DNA of 52,186 nucleotides from a virus (IMGVR_UViG_3300032334_000367:1-52186), one strand, 5' to 3'. Counted from the stretch's first letter, positions 36,854-47,165 are shown. Program-made: numbers and translations. Notes: a model not told the origin generated them from the letters alone.

Positions 36854-37795
36854 TTAAATCTCATCTACTGATATTGGGGTGGAATCGACACTATACTGAA
36901 TCATGTCAGCAGAATTATCTGCTACAACAGTCGGTTCACCAAACGGATTAGTTTCTGAGAAATCTAGTATTCCATCAGTAACGCCCAATTCTCTATTATT
37001 ATCAAGGAAATTATTTGTATTGTTGAGTAGATCTACTCTATTCAATGAATAATCAGTACCGGAATAAATTCCAACAATTCTAGTATTCGCTAAAAATACA
37101 CCCTTGATATCTTTAAGTTCTAATGTCAATGCAGGTCTATCCCATGTAACAACAGAAGCAGTAGCAGTAGCGACATTTGCATTTGCTCCCTGATAGACAG
37201 TTTCATTTAAAATATATGTCGCATTAGCATAAGTTGAATTATTATTTAAAATAAAGCTATATGTTGTAGCGACAGTATTAATTGCATCTTGAACTTCTGT
37301 AATACCAGAATCAAATCTTTCATTACTATATCGGAATCTTTCGCATATTAATTCAAAGCCATAGAAATTTTGGTTTCCGAAAGCATAGAAAAAGTGTTGT
37401 TGGTTTACAAATTTAATTTCAAACAAAGCTTGAAAATTGGGAAGCCAAACAAGATCACCTTCTCTTGGTCTACCATATGTGGAAGGAACTCTGCTCTTAA
37501 ATGACCTTGTGGTCATCATGAATCTCATTTGATGCTGAATTTCTAAACCAAATTTACTAAACAATTCATTACCTTCAAAACTGTCTACGTTTTTAACATA
37601 AACTTCTACAGGATAAGATTGGCTAAATTTCTTTGTTGGATCATCACCAAAAATTAAGTCGATTGAAGACTCAGAAGATCTCGGTAGATAATAACAATCT
37701 ATCCCCCACTGTTTAATTGTCTCATTGATGAGATCTTCGTAAAGGCGTTGTTCACCCTTAGCACCATAATTGTTAAAATACACTGATACTGGCAT
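36854..37795 (-). CDS. gp14: Neck protein gp14
   Basis: YYLPR, FSKFGLEI, RPREGDLV..P..LFEIKFV, DFSETNPFG. Confidence 0.93.
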   Translation of the reverse strand: MPVSVYFNNYGAKGEQRLYEDLINETIKQWGIDCYYLPRSSESSIDLIFGDDPTKKFSQSYPVEVYVKNVDSFEGNELFSKFGLEIQHQMRFMMTTRSFKSRVPSTYGRPREGDLVWLPNFQALFEIKFVNQQHFFYAFGNQNFYGFELICERFRYSNERFDSGITEVQDAINTVATTYSFILNNNSTYANATYILNETVYQGANANVATATASVVTWDRPALTLELKDIKGVFLANTRIVGIYSGTDYSLNRVDLLNNTNNFLDNNRELGVTDGILDFSETNPFGEPTVVADNSADMIQYSVDSTPISVDEI

Positions 37796-37798
37796 GCG

Positions 37799-38557
37799 CT
37801 AGCCCACTTCAAACATCGGGGGTTCTTCGTACATATCTCTCAATTCTACCTCTAGATCTGCACATTCTTTGGTCGCCTCATCATAAATTTGCTGACCATT
37901 AAGAACAATACCACCAGGAAGTTGAACGCCAGCAAACTTCTTAAGATTGCTTCCCCACTGCTGCTTAATTAGTGCAGTCCCATATCGTTTTAGCCAAACA
38001 TCATTCCATAATTTTGTATTGCTCTCAGGAAGAACAACATAACACTCAGCAATAAAATATTGACCAGCAGTGAGCTTTCTTTTCCATGGAGAATCTAGGT
38101 ATAACTTACCCGCATGTTTATTGAAGCGAATTGGAACTTCGCCAATAAACAACATTTCCATTGTCCTTAGATGCTGATTCGCTAATGAGAAATAGACGTA
38201 ATCAGCAGAAGTGAAGTCATACAATTCATTTAATCTTAACTGATATGTTAAGTCAAACATATTGAAACTTAAGCTTCCTCCAGGACCAACTTGTGTTGCC
38301 GAGAGAGTAAAAATTTTATTGATTCCGATAACATCATCAGAAACTGAAATATAATTATTAGCAATATCACCATCTGTAACTAAGTGTTTTAGATAAGTTT
38401 TTTCCATGGAATCAAAGTTAAATGTTCGAAAGAGGTCTAACGCCTCATCAATACGATCTTCTACCTGATCGTCGTCGAGATTCATTTCTACTACAGGGAA
38501 CCCGAGCTTTCTCAAGCAGTAATCTTTAAAGGTAGAACGGCTATTAGGTATTGCCAT
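37799..38557 (-). CDS. gp13: Neck protein gp13
   Basis: YCLRKLG.PV, KQQWGSNLKKF.GVQLPGG. Confidence 0.95.
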   Translation of the reverse strand: MAIPNSRSTFKDYCLRKLGFPVVEMNLDDDQVEDRIDEALDLFRTFNFDSMEKTYLKHLVTDGDIANNYISVSDDVIGINKIFTLSATQVGPGGSLSFNMFDLTYQLRLNELYDFTSADYVYFSLANQHLRTMEMLFIGEVPIRFNKHAGKLYLDSPWKRKLTAGQYFIAECYVVLPESNTKLWNDVWLKRYGTALIKQQWGSNLKKFAGVQLPGGIVLNGQQIYDEATKECADLEVELRDMYEEPPMFEVG

Positions 38558-38585
38558 TTTTAATTCCTGAAATGGGTAATAATTG

Positions 38586-38593
38586 TATTTAGG
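38586..38593 (-). promoter_or_regulatory. Late promoter variant CCTAAATA (gp13)
   Basis: TAAATA core about 30 nt upstream of gp13; same variant as the gp3 promoter. Confidence 0.55.
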
Positions 38594-38605
38594 TAATTAA
38601 ATATA

Positions 38606-38634
38606 TTGACTTTTTTGTAGGAATACGGTATCAT
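38606..38634 (+). promoter_or_regulatory. sigma70 promoter (TTGACT-N17-TATCAT) for the + strand cassette
   Basis: Near-consensus hexamers upstream of 38671. Confidence 0.7.
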
Positions 38635-38670
38635 ATATATAGATGAATTTATGCTATCGAGGGTTTTATA

Positions 38671-39033
38671 ATGTTATTGAAATCGGCAAATATTGTGGCT
38701 AAAGGTTGGGGACACGAGCAAATTTGGGTTAGCAATGACCTTTATTGCGGTAAAATTCTCCACTTCGAAGAAGGTAAGTCTTTCTCGATGCACTTCCACG
38801 CCAAAAAACATGAAACTTGGTATGTAATGTCTGGTGAATTTGAAGTCCAGTGGATCGATACCAACGACGCAAAGTGGCATGTTCAAAGCCTGTTTCCAGG
38901 AGATGTTTGGGAAAATGAACAGCTATTTCCCCATAAATTAATCTGCTTTAAGGCTGGTTCAATTATGGAAGTCTCAACCAAAGATACGGTTGAAGATAAT
39001 TACAGAGTTATGCCTGGAGATTCCCAAAAATGA
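38671..39033 (+). CDS. Cupin, sugar isomerase-like (mannose-6-phosphate/D-lyxose isomerase-like)
   Basis: KGWGHE, SMHFH..KHETWYV..G, PH, EVST..D.YR. Confidence 0.8.
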   Translation: MLLKSANIVAKGWGHEQIWVSNDLYCGKILHFEEGKSFSMHFHAKKHETWYVMSGEFEVQWIDTNDAKWHVQSLFPGDVWENEQLFPHKLICFKAGSIMEVSTKDTVEDNYRVMPGDSQK

Positions 39034-39326
39034 TTTACATGGTAGATATCGACGGCACTATCTGCAATAGTAGTGGTGGAATGTATAAGAGTGCTTCCGC
39101 ATACTCAGTTAGAATTGAGTATGTGAATAAGTTGTACGACGAGGGGCATACTATCATCTACTGGACTGCAAGAGGTGGGAATAGTGGCATAGATTGGAGC
39201 GAACTAACTAAACAACAATTAGATGCTTGGGGTTGCAAGTACCATGAGTTGCGAATGAAGAAGCCTGTATATGACGTTTGGGTAGATGATAAGGCAATCA
39301 GCGATAAGGCGTTTTTCCCAGTATGA
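39030..39326 (+). CDS. Small HAD-superfamily phosphatase (capsule biosynthesis phosphatase-like)
   Basis: DIDGT, WTARG, KP, DDK. Confidence 0.85.
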   Translation: MIYMVDIDGTICNSSGGMYKSASAYSVRIEYVNKLYDEGHTIIYWTARGGNSGIDWSELTKQQLDAWGCKYHELRMKKPVYDVWVDDKAISDKAFFPV

Positions 39327-40102
39327 ACATAGTAACTGGATATATGGGATTTATTGGGTCTCATATCTGTGATCGCATATCAGATATTTTTGCAGTAGAG
39401 CAAAATGATTGTTTTGAGTTCTTGCAAAATTTTAAAGATTGGTCAAAAGTAAAATTTATATACCATCTTGGTGCGATAAGCGACACCACTTGCACAGACA
39501 TTGCAAAGATATACAAGTATAACATAGACTTCTCATTACAACTTTTTGAGAAGGCTATTGAATATCAAATTCCAATTCGTTATGCTTCTTCAGCCTCTGT
39601 ATATGGAAATACTTATGGGTCTATTAATCCATTAAATCATTATGCTATGTCAAAAGCAAGCATCGACTTGTGGGTAGAAGACAATATGCATCGGTTTAAT
39701 CATATCCAAGGGTTGAGATTCTTCAATGTATATGGTAACGGTGAAGAACACAAAGGCAATCAGGCAAGCCCTGTATCTAAGTTTCGTAAAGAAGTAAAAG
39801 AACGCGGAACAATTTCCATATTTGAAGACTCTGAGTCGTACTATAGAGATTTTATTTGCGTGGAAGATCTTGTCGATATTATGGTAGACAATAAATTAGC
39901 TTCTGGAATCTATGATTTGGGAACAAGTAACCCAGTCTCATTTTGCGATGTTGCAAATTCTATTCAACAAAGATATGGTGGAACTATAAAGGTCATACCT
40001 TTTCCGAACCATTTAGTTGGTAAATACCAAAAGTCCACAAAAGCAAAACAAGTATTCCCACATACATTTAAGACTGTTTCTCAATGGCTTGATGAGAACT
40101 AA
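39323..40102 (+). CDS. NAD-dependent epimerase, ADP-L-glycero-D-manno-heptose 6-epimerase (HldD/RfaD)-like
   Basis: TGYMGFIG, HLGAISDT, YASSASVYG, YAMSK, RFFNVYG..E.HKG..AS, RDFI. Confidence 0.85.
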   Translation: MNIVTGYMGFIGSHICDRISDIFAVEQNDCFEFLQNFKDWSKVKFIYHLGAISDTTCTDIAKIYKYNIDFSLQLFEKAIEYQIPIRYASSASVYGNTYGSINPLNHYAMSKASIDLWVEDNMHRFNHIQGLRFFNVYGNGEEHKGNQASPVSKFRKEVKERGTISIFEDSESYYRDFICVEDLVDIMVDNKLASGIYDLGTSNPVSFCDVANSIQQRYGGTIKVIPFPNHLVGKYQKSTKAKQVFPHTFKTVSQWLDEN

Positions 40103-40898
40103 ATTTATCCCACAAAGCTCTCCAGTTAAGGTATGGATCTCTAGTTGAATCATCTTGGAGATGTAAAGCTAAACTTGGTATTGGGGTAAATAGCAAGTGT
40201 TTAATTTCTCTTATTGGGTAACTTTCCATATTTTGAAAAAGTCTATTAATAGATCTATCCTCGCAAGTTTCATCATACACAGATCTACCCATTGCATCAA
40301 ATAGATCCCAGTTCTCGACGATAGTTTTATGACTGACTAAAAAACAAGAAGCTGTATGGTATGCAGTTCTCCAATGACGCTTTGAGCCCAAAACAACTTT
40401 TGTGGGGTATTTCAAATATTGATTCCCATATCGATATGGATCATCATATGGAAACAGACACACTTCCATTTGAGTTAGATTCGCAAACCTGTAATAAGAA
40501 TCTACAAGCTCCCAGATAGCACTATCGAAATACAAATAATCATCTTGAACAAAATAGACTAGATCTTTTCCTTTTTCTTTTCCAATTTGATATTGCTTTA
40601 AAATATTTTGCATCAATCCAGGAGTTTCTGAGTTTATAATCTCGATCGTAAACTTTTGAGATTTACTTGTTTCTGACACCAATGATGTAAACTCAGTTTC
40701 AGATCTATCGTCTAAAACAATGAGCTTGATGGTTATCGGTGCCTGCTTATTGTCGAGGCAATATTGAACTGAATTTACCAAAGATAGAAAGCTTCTTTTT
40801 GATATCTCTACTTTTGATGCATTTACATAGCGAGAACTATCTTTATGGTTCGTGTTGTTTTTTGCATGCGCTTGCATGACGATTAATAAATCAATCAT
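40068..40898 (-). CDS. GT-A/GT2-like glycosyltransferase
   Basis: IVLDDRS, YFVQDDY, ED..IN, SLALH. Confidence 0.65.
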   Translation of the reverse strand: MIDLLIVMQAHAKNNTNHKDSSRYVNASKVEISKRSFLSLVNSVQYCLDNKQAPITIKLIVLDDRSETEFTSLVSETSKSQKFTIEIINSETPGLMQNILKQYQIGKEKGKDLVYFVQDDYLYFDSAIWELVDSYYRFANLTQMEVCLFPYDDPYRYGNQYLKYPTKVVLGSKRHWRTAYHTASCFLVSHKTIVENWDLFDAMGRSVYDETCEDRSINRLFQNMESYPIREIKHLLFTPIPSLALHLQDDSTRDPYLNWRALWDKFSSHQAIEKQS

Positions 40899-41499
40899 TA
40901 AGATTCACATTAAACGCTATTGATATTCTAGTGTCATCAGAATTATTTTTATTGACACTATGTGGCATCCAAGATTGGAACATTATTATTTTTCCTGGAA
41001 TGGGTTCATAGCCCACGGAAGTAGAATTAAGAGGATTTTCTTCTTTTTTATTTTTCAGATAAATTCCTTTCCACATATCTCTCTCAGCTGTCGCATCAGG
41101 GAATACTATATTTCCTGATCCTTTTGGTGCGCTCACATAATAGCACCCAGAAAGAAAACTCCCATAATGTGTATGCTGGTTTTCAGTTTGACCTTTCTCG
41201 AAGAAGTTTATCCATGAATGTATGGTGTATGAACCTCTATAGTTTAGCCCCATCGCCTGACAGAAATAATTCGTACAATAAATTATCTCATTGTAAAGTT
41301 CTAAAAGATCGCAAATTTCTATGATATTATGTGTAGCGTGATATGAAGTTTTTAAATTCTCTTCTGGACTGACTATCAAATACTTTGCAATATTTTCGGG
41401 AGTAGACCAAGAATCTACCTTTGATGAAATAGCTTCTCTTTTATTTCCATCAATTTGATGAATCAAAATTGGAGTGGGAAACCAACATTCAATATTCAT
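40891..41499 (-). CDS. Putative 2OG-Fe(II) oxygenase (TIGR02466-like)
   Basis: FPTPI, SWIN, HTH..LSGCYY, FQSWMPHSV, RISIAFN. Confidence 0.85.
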   Translation of the reverse strand: MNIECWFPTPILIHQIDGNKREAISSKVDSWSTPENIAKYLIVSPEENLKTSYHATHNIIEICDLLELYNEIIYCTNYFCQAMGLNYRGSYTIHSWINFFEKGQTENQHTHYGSFLSGCYYVSAPKGSGNIVFPDATAERDMWKGIYLKNKKEENPLNSTSVGYEPIPGKIIMFQSWMPHSVNKNNSDDTRISIAFNVNLND

Positions 41500-42830
41500 T
41501 TTTTCATCTCAATATCAATAAGTTCTCTCGCTCGCCATAAAGGTTCGCTCCAGTCTCTTGGTTTTTTTTGTTTCAGCACAGTAAAATTATCACCATACCA
41601 TGGAGTAGACTCATCTTTTCTTGTAGAAGTCCATGTGTAATATTCTGCAATGGGTGCTATCACTATCGTTCTCTTTCCAAGTGCACCAGCAGCGTGTACC
41701 AAACTAGTGCAAGAGCTGACAATAATATCCATTTGATCAATGTAATCAAGAGTGTCCTCCCAACTATCTAACTTATCGTTTAAGTTGATGCATCCTGGGT
41801 GAGTCTTTTCTTTGTCAAAATAATATAATGAGACGTTCTCAGGCATCACAGCCAGCATTTCTTCTATAGGTATTTTTCTATAAACATCTTGATCGAAATA
41901 TGGATTACCATTACACTTAAATCCAATTTTAAATTTTGTATCATTAAGTCTATTTTTTTCTTGCCTTAATGGTTTTAGATATGGTCCTTTCCATAATTGA
42001 TTCTCACTTAAACCCATATACGCAGGAAGCGCCATCATGTGCGTCCATAGATAATCTTTCTTAAAGAAACGATTATATGAGACCACCTCATGACCGTGGC
42101 GAGAAAATAAATTCGTCAGGTCAGGTCTATATTTGTACCAGCTTGAGTATAGAATTGGATGCATTCCATGATCTTTAAACCAATCAAGGAATCTGAAATT
42201 AATAATTTCATCACCAATTCCACCCTCACCATTTATAACGATAGTTCTTCCAGGAAAAACACCACCATCCCAAAACTTAAGTTTCAGTTGATCTTCAAAT
42301 AAAGAATTTTTTGGCTTAAATTTAGTGATAAAATTACCAATACCTTTAGCAGTTTCTCCATTCCTTATTTGTCGACCAGAAAGTGCATACTCTAGAGACT
42401 CTGCTTGTTTTGGATCATCAGTTTGAATTTTCATCAGAATGCTTTCAGCCTCTTCTCTTCTACCAAGAAGAGAAGTATTAAATGCCTTATACATTAAAGT
42501 TTCAGTATCGTTAGGAGTTTGTCTTAAATTTAGGTCGACATAAAATAGTGCTTGTTCTGGTTGATTGATTGCGTTATATATTTTATATAAATTTTCTCTA
42601 GATTTTCTTAACTGCTCTCTATTTGTAGAATGACTATAAACATATTTGGCAGCTTTAAGGCGCAAATCATCGTGTTTTGCTAGTATGCTCAATTCACCTA
42701 GAACATCATAATCTGAAATTGATTCAGCGTTCTCGGCAAAAATATCAAGCACTTTGCAAGCGAGAGGATAGTCATAATCGTTGACAACAATCCGCTCAAT
42801 AACATATTTCAGTTTATCTCGGTCAATCAT
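41496..42830 (-). CDS. TPR-domain protein with GT-B (GT9/heptosyltransferase-like) domain
   Basis: Helical N-terminus; EGGIGDEI; DT..ID.MD.IVS.CTS.VH.AGALG. Confidence 0.78.
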   Translation of the reverse strand: MIDRDKLKYVIERIVVNDYDYPLACKVLDIFAENAESISDYDVLGELSILAKHDDLRLKAAKYVYSHSTNREQLRKSRENLYKIYNAINQPEQALFYVDLNLRQTPNDTETLMYKAFNTSLLGRREEAESILMKIQTDDPKQAESLEYALSGRQIRNGETAKGIGNFITKFKPKNSLFEDQLKLKFWDGGVFPGRTIVINGEGGIGDEIINFRFLDWFKDHGMHPILYSSWYKYRPDLTNLFSRHGHEVVSYNRFFKKDYLWTHMMALPAYMGLSENQLWKGPYLKPLRQEKNRLNDTKFKIGFKCNGNPYFDQDVYRKIPIEEMLAVMPENVSLYYFDKEKTHPGCINLNDKLDSWEDTLDYIDQMDIIVSSCTSLVHAAGALGKRTIVIAPIAEYYTWTSTRKDESTPWYGDNFTVLKQKKPRDWSEPLWRARELIDIEMKK

Positions 42831-43374
42831 AATTTTTAATTGCTACCAATTTTATGTTAACTTCCATTACGATATTGTTGTGTTCTCTTATGTAAGGGAC
42901 AACCTGATCTGCTGGCTTTCCCTCAAAAGCTTTACGATAATATTCATCAGGAATATCTTGAGAATCTACAACCTCAAAATCTACGCCATAGTAATATGCT
43001 AATCTTGAAGCTCTTGTGCCAGCTTTTATTTGAATGTCATTATACTTTTTACTGAATAGCCATAGACCGGGAACTGTTATTGGTCGACGATGTGTTGGGT
43101 CATCAGCAAAATGCTCATGTCTATGGTGCGGTACGCGAATATCAATCATAGCTCCATGCTTACAAACTCTATAGAGTTCTTGCATCACATGGAAATAACC
43201 CTCGCCAAGATGTTCAAGGACATGATGCGCAATAACTTCATCTACGGAGTTATCTTCAAATGGCCAAGGATCTTTTTCTATATTGAAACAATAATCTGGA
43301 TTAGAATTTTTATCATAGTCAACGCTCACATAACCTGGTATTTTCTCATCACCAGCACCAATATTTAATTTCAT
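42823..43374 (-). CDS. SAM methyltransferase (Methyltransf_11-like)
   Basis: KLNIGAG, WPFEDNSVD..HVLEH, E.YRV.K.G, DPTH. Confidence 0.85.
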   Translation of the reverse strand: MKLNIGAGDEKIPGYVSVDYDKNSNPDYCFNIEKDPWPFEDNSVDEVIAHHVLEHLGEGYFHVMQELYRVCKHGAMIDIRVPHHRHEHFADDPTHRRPITVPGLWLFSKKYNDIQIKAGTRASRLAYYYGVDFEVVDSQDIPDEYYRKAFEGKPADQVVPYIREHNNIVMEVNIKLVAIKNYD

Positions 43375-43388
43375 ATATCACCTATCAA

Positions 43389-44546
43389 TTAAGCAACCCA
43401 ATATCCTGTGTTTAATGAGTTTGAAAGAAGAAATAAATCTTCATGGTTTTCTGTTGGGTATAGTTCATTAGTGAGTTGAACAGCCTCTTGGATATTTAGA
43501 GGCGTTAAAATATCAACATTATTTTTTATAGCATTTTGCAAATTCATTTTATTTGGTATATAATTATGTCTTTCTATAAATGAGAATATGTCAAATGGAG
43601 AATTACCAGCATTTTTAAGATGAGCTGGTGCAAACTCAATAATTATATGAGGTCTGTGTTTACGAAAGAACTCTTTACCACCCTGAAGAACCTTAGCGTC
43701 AGATCCTTGAGCATCAATTTTAATCAATTTAATTCTAATTAAATCTTGATATGTGAGCGACTCAAAGAAATCATCGAGAGAAACGCACTCAATTTTTGGA
43801 CCAATGTAATGATCCTTAGCTGCAAAATTAACTCTATGGTCACCAAAATTAATTCTAGACCTCATCAAAGTTGCTGTCTTACTTTCTTCCATAACCGCTT
43901 TTTGAATAAGAATTACATTAGATAATTCGTTCATCTCAATGTTATACTTGAGAAGCTCAAAGTTTTTTGCATCAGGTTCAAATGCATAAACCTTTCCTGT
44001 GGGACCAACAAGCTTGGATGCAATAATTGCATTGAATCCAATGTTAGCTCCAACATCAATATAAACATCACCGTTTTGTAAAAACTTAGTATACGTTGCG
44101 ACATCGTCTAGATCTGGAGTGCCATGAAATCTTATTATATAAGAATACAACTCATCTTCTTCATGAAGCTTCATCTTAAAATTAAAACCAAAAAGATTAA
44201 ACTCTTGTATTTTCTTAAATTTATTTGTAATTGTTTGATGACTTGTTTCTGGGTTTCTACAGTCGAATTGACGACATGAGATAGGTCTATCGTTGTAGAT
44301 ACTACACTTATTGTTGACCAGGTACATACAGCCGCCGTGAACTGCCTTAGGAATTGTTATAACTGGTTCCTCTGAAAGAGGTGATTGCATAAAAGTATAC
44401 GCATATTTACCAGATTTAAATTCCTCATCAGTTAGATGTGGCGTTAACTTTGAACAGCAGTCAAAACAACTTCCACATGGGACATCTGATATTGGTAAAT
44501 CATTTTTTATTGTGATTCCCTTAAATTGAAAAGTTTTCATTTCCAT
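43389..44546 (-). CDS. YkgJ-like Cys-cluster domain fused to an FkbM-family methyltransferase
   Basis: CGSCFDCC..C..CSIY..RP..CRQFDC; DVGANIG, AFEP, IKIDAQG. Confidence 0.82.
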   Translation of the reverse strand: MEMKTFQFKGITIKNDLPISDVPCGSCFDCCSKLTPHLTDEEFKSGKYAYTFMQSPLSEEPVITIPKAVHGGCMYLVNNKCSIYNDRPISCRQFDCRNPETSHQTITNKFKKIQEFNLFGFNFKMKLHEEDELYSYIIRFHGTPDLDDVATYTKFLQNGDVYIDVGANIGFNAIIASKLVGPTGKVYAFEPDAKNFELLKYNIEMNELSNVILIQKAVMEESKTATLMRSRINFGDHRVNFAAKDHYIGPKIECVSLDDFFESLTYQDLIRIKLIKIDAQGSDAKVLQGGKEFFRKHRPHIIIEFAPAHLKNAGNSPFDIFSFIERHNYIPNKMNLQNAIKNNVDILTPLNIQEAVQLTNELYPTENHEDLFLLSNSLNTGYWVA

Positions 44547-44549
44547 AAT

Positions 44550-45323
44550 TTAGCGCCAAACCTCAAGTCCAGAAAACTGATGAAATATATCAGGAGGAAG
44601 TATTGTGTTTCTTGGTATATATTCAACCTTTTTTCTTATTTTGTGCAACCCGTTAATTCCCGCAGCATCATCAAACTCATCATAAGAAGTTTCAACATTG
44701 TTAAAATCATGATTATAATAATCCTCGCCAATAAAATTATATAACGATCTCATTGTTTGTTCTGGATTTTTAGATATCTGCTCATACTCTACTAGAAATA
44801 TTTTATGTTTATGGGGACCAGTAATTGCTTCTTTTAAACAATCGTATGGAAATCTTAAACTGTGTCCAGGGCTCATCAAAGAATTAGCTCTGGTATAAAC
44901 TGTTTCTCGATCTTGATCTGTAAAAAGGCGAGAATGCGTAAATGGATTTTTACGAAATAAAACCTCAAAAGAATCTAGTATCCATGGGATATCTCTAACA
45001 CAACAAATTAATTTAGCGTCAGGAAAAGTTTGATCTAACATTGGAAGTAATACGCTCCACCCACGATTTGTGTTAAAGCAAACTTCTTTGTTATAATCTG
45101 CGTGATAAGTCTCAATAAGATTTTTTATTAAATTTATTCGTTTCGATTCTGGACATTCAATTGAATAACCTGGACCTGAATATGTTTCCACAACAACAGA
45201 ACGAACAAACCTTGCGAGAGGATTTGATATTGTAGAGTAAAATTTAGGGTTTTGATTTAAAATAGAAGTCAATAAAGTCGAACCTGATCTTGGAAGACCA
45301 GAAATAAAATGATATTTTGTCAT
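44550..45323 (-). CDS. Sulfotransferase
   Basis: SGLPRSGSTLL 5'-PAPS loop, VRD..ILDS, VEYE. Confidence 0.87.
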   Translation of the reverse strand: MTKYHFISGLPRSGSTLLTSILNQNPKFYSTISNPLARFVRSVVVETYSGPGYSIECPESKRINLIKNLIETYHADYNKEVCFNTNRGWSVLLPMLDQTFPDAKLICCVRDIPWILDSFEVLFRKNPFTHSRLFTDQDRETVYTRANSLMSPGHSLRFPYDCLKEAITGPHKHKIFLVEYEQISKNPEQTMRSLYNFIGEDYYNHDFNNVETSYDEFDDAAGINGLHKIRKKVEYIPRNTILPPDIFHQFSGLEVWR

Positions 45324-45329
45324 AAATCC

Positions 45330-47165
45330 TCAATAATATGTTATAATCACCGCACCATTAGATCCTGGATTTCCTGCTGTAGCGTCAACTAATATACCAC
45401 CACCACCAGCACCATATCTAAGTGCATTTCTACCAGCAATTCCAACACCACCATTACCAGCACCTAAACTTCCATCACCACCTGCATTTCCTGCAGTGTT
45501 AGCGTCTGTTCCACCTGTAGCAGTATTTGCTGGACCACCAGCACCATTACTTATATCACCATAAAAACCGCCACCACCACCATTAGCAGTCATTTTTGTT
45601 ATTGTATATGTTAATGATGAGATTGATGAGACATTTCCAGGTAAGCCAATACCACCATTAGTTGGTGCATATCCACCATCTCCTCCCTGACCAATGAGCA
45701 AAGAAATTGTTTTGCCACCTTGGTATCTTACATCGGCAGAAGTTCTAGCATATGCTCCGCTTGCTCCTCCACCACCTCTAAATATGCTATATCCATCTCC
45801 TCCTCCCCCACCACCAGCCCAAACTTCAAAAAATGCACTAGCCATTCCAGTGGGAATAGTCTCAGTAAATGAGCCTGGGACTGTATATGTACTTATTTGA
45901 GGAAAACTCGCATCATTTTCCACCAATCCTAACATAAACACTTGGTTTCCTGTTGGAGAATCTGCGACAGATATTTGCTTCCAATTTAAGGGGTCAATAT
46001 AGATAATTGATGCTGGAGAAGATCGATTAAACGTTGTACCACTACCTAATATCCCAACAGAGTTATTACCCCAAGTCCAGAGAGTTCCATCTGTTTTAAT
46101 AGCCGATGCACAATTACCAGTCATATAAACCTGTTTCCAAGTTGTGCCGCCACCAGCAACTGTTCCTGGAGAAGATCGATCTGATGTTAAATCATTTCCC
46201 AGCACACCTGACGAGTTTTTACCCCAAGTCCAAAGAGTTCCGTCAGTTTTAATTGCAGCAGAAGAATAAATTCCACAAGAAATATCTTTCCATTGATATG
46301 AGTTCGCAGGAACAATTAAAGATCCTGGTGAATTTCTAGCTGACGTGTCTCCTGTGCCCAGCTGACCACTACCATTTCCACCCCAACTCCAAAGAGTACC
46401 ATCAGTTTTGATACCAAGTGTGTGCGTATTAGCTGCACTATTATCAGGAGCGAGTGTAATTTTATCCCACTCTCCACCACCAGCAACAAGAGATGGACTT
46501 AATCTTGATGTTGTTACACCAACTCCCAATTGTCCTGATGTGTTATTGCCCCATAGATATAAAGCGCCATTGGCTTTAATTGATGCTGCATATCCTCCAG
46601 TGCCGAAGCCTCCAGCTGCAACATATTTCCAATCATTGTTAGCGCCAGAACCTGGTAAACCTGCGAATATTATTGTGCTAGGAGAAGATCTAGCTACTGT
46701 GCTGTTTATGCCCAGTTGCCCTGTACCATTATTTCCCCAAGTCCATAAACTTCCATCATTTTTGACACCAATCCCGAAAGATGATGCACATGCAACTTGA
46801 TCCCAAGTTACACCACCACCAGCAATTGTTCCTGGTGAAGATCTATTTGTTGTGCTACCAATACCCAACTGACCAGTATCGTTAATACCCCAAGTCCAAA
46901 GAGTTCCGTCAGACCTTACAGCTGCTCCCCATCCTGGACCAGCTGCAGCATTTTCCCAAGAGACCATGCCCATACCAAATAAAGATGCAGGAGAAGATCT
47001 ACTTGTTGTTGTATTGTCACCCAATTGACCTACCGTATTAAACCCCCATGAATATATTCCTGATGAGCTGAAGTATTCTCTGCGCACAAGAATATTTGAA
47101 AGATCAACACCAGAAAATCCTAGTGTTGTATTGCTATTGGTATATTGTACGGGAGTAACAGCCAT
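45330..47165 (-). CDS. RCC1-repeat beta-propeller protein with Gly-rich C-terminal domain
   Basis: Repeats of DGTLWTWG.N..GQLG......RSSP; WAGGGGGG Gly-rich tail. Confidence 0.88.
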   Translation of the reverse strand: MAVTPVQYTNSNTTLGFSGVDLSNILVRREYFSSSGIYSWGFNTVGQLGDNTTTSRSSPASLFGMGMVSWENAAAGPGWGAAVRSDGTLWTWGINDTGQLGIGSTTNRSSPGTIAGGGVTWDQVACASSFGIGVKNDGSLWTWGNNGTGQLGINSTVARSSPSTIIFAGLPGSGANNDWKYVAAGGFGTGGYAASIKANGALYLWGNNTSGQLGVGVTTSRLSPSLVAGGGEWDKITLAPDNSAANTHTLGIKTDGTLWSWGGNGSGQLGTGDTSARNSPGSLIVPANSYQWKDISCGIYSSAAIKTDGTLWTWGKNSSGVLGNDLTSDRSSPGTVAGGGTTWKQVYMTGNCASAIKTDGTLWTWGNNSVGILGSGTTFNRSSPASIIYIDPLNWKQISVADSPTGNQVFMLGLVENDASFPQISTYTVPGSFTETIPTGMASAFFEVWAGGGGGGDGYSIFRGGGGASGAYARTSADVRYQGGKTISLLIGQGGDGGYAPTNGGIGLPGNVSSISSLTYTITKMTANGGGGGFYGDISNGAGGPANTATGGTDANTAGNAGGDGSLGAGNGGVGIAGRNALRYGAGGGGILVDATAGNPGSNGAVIITYY

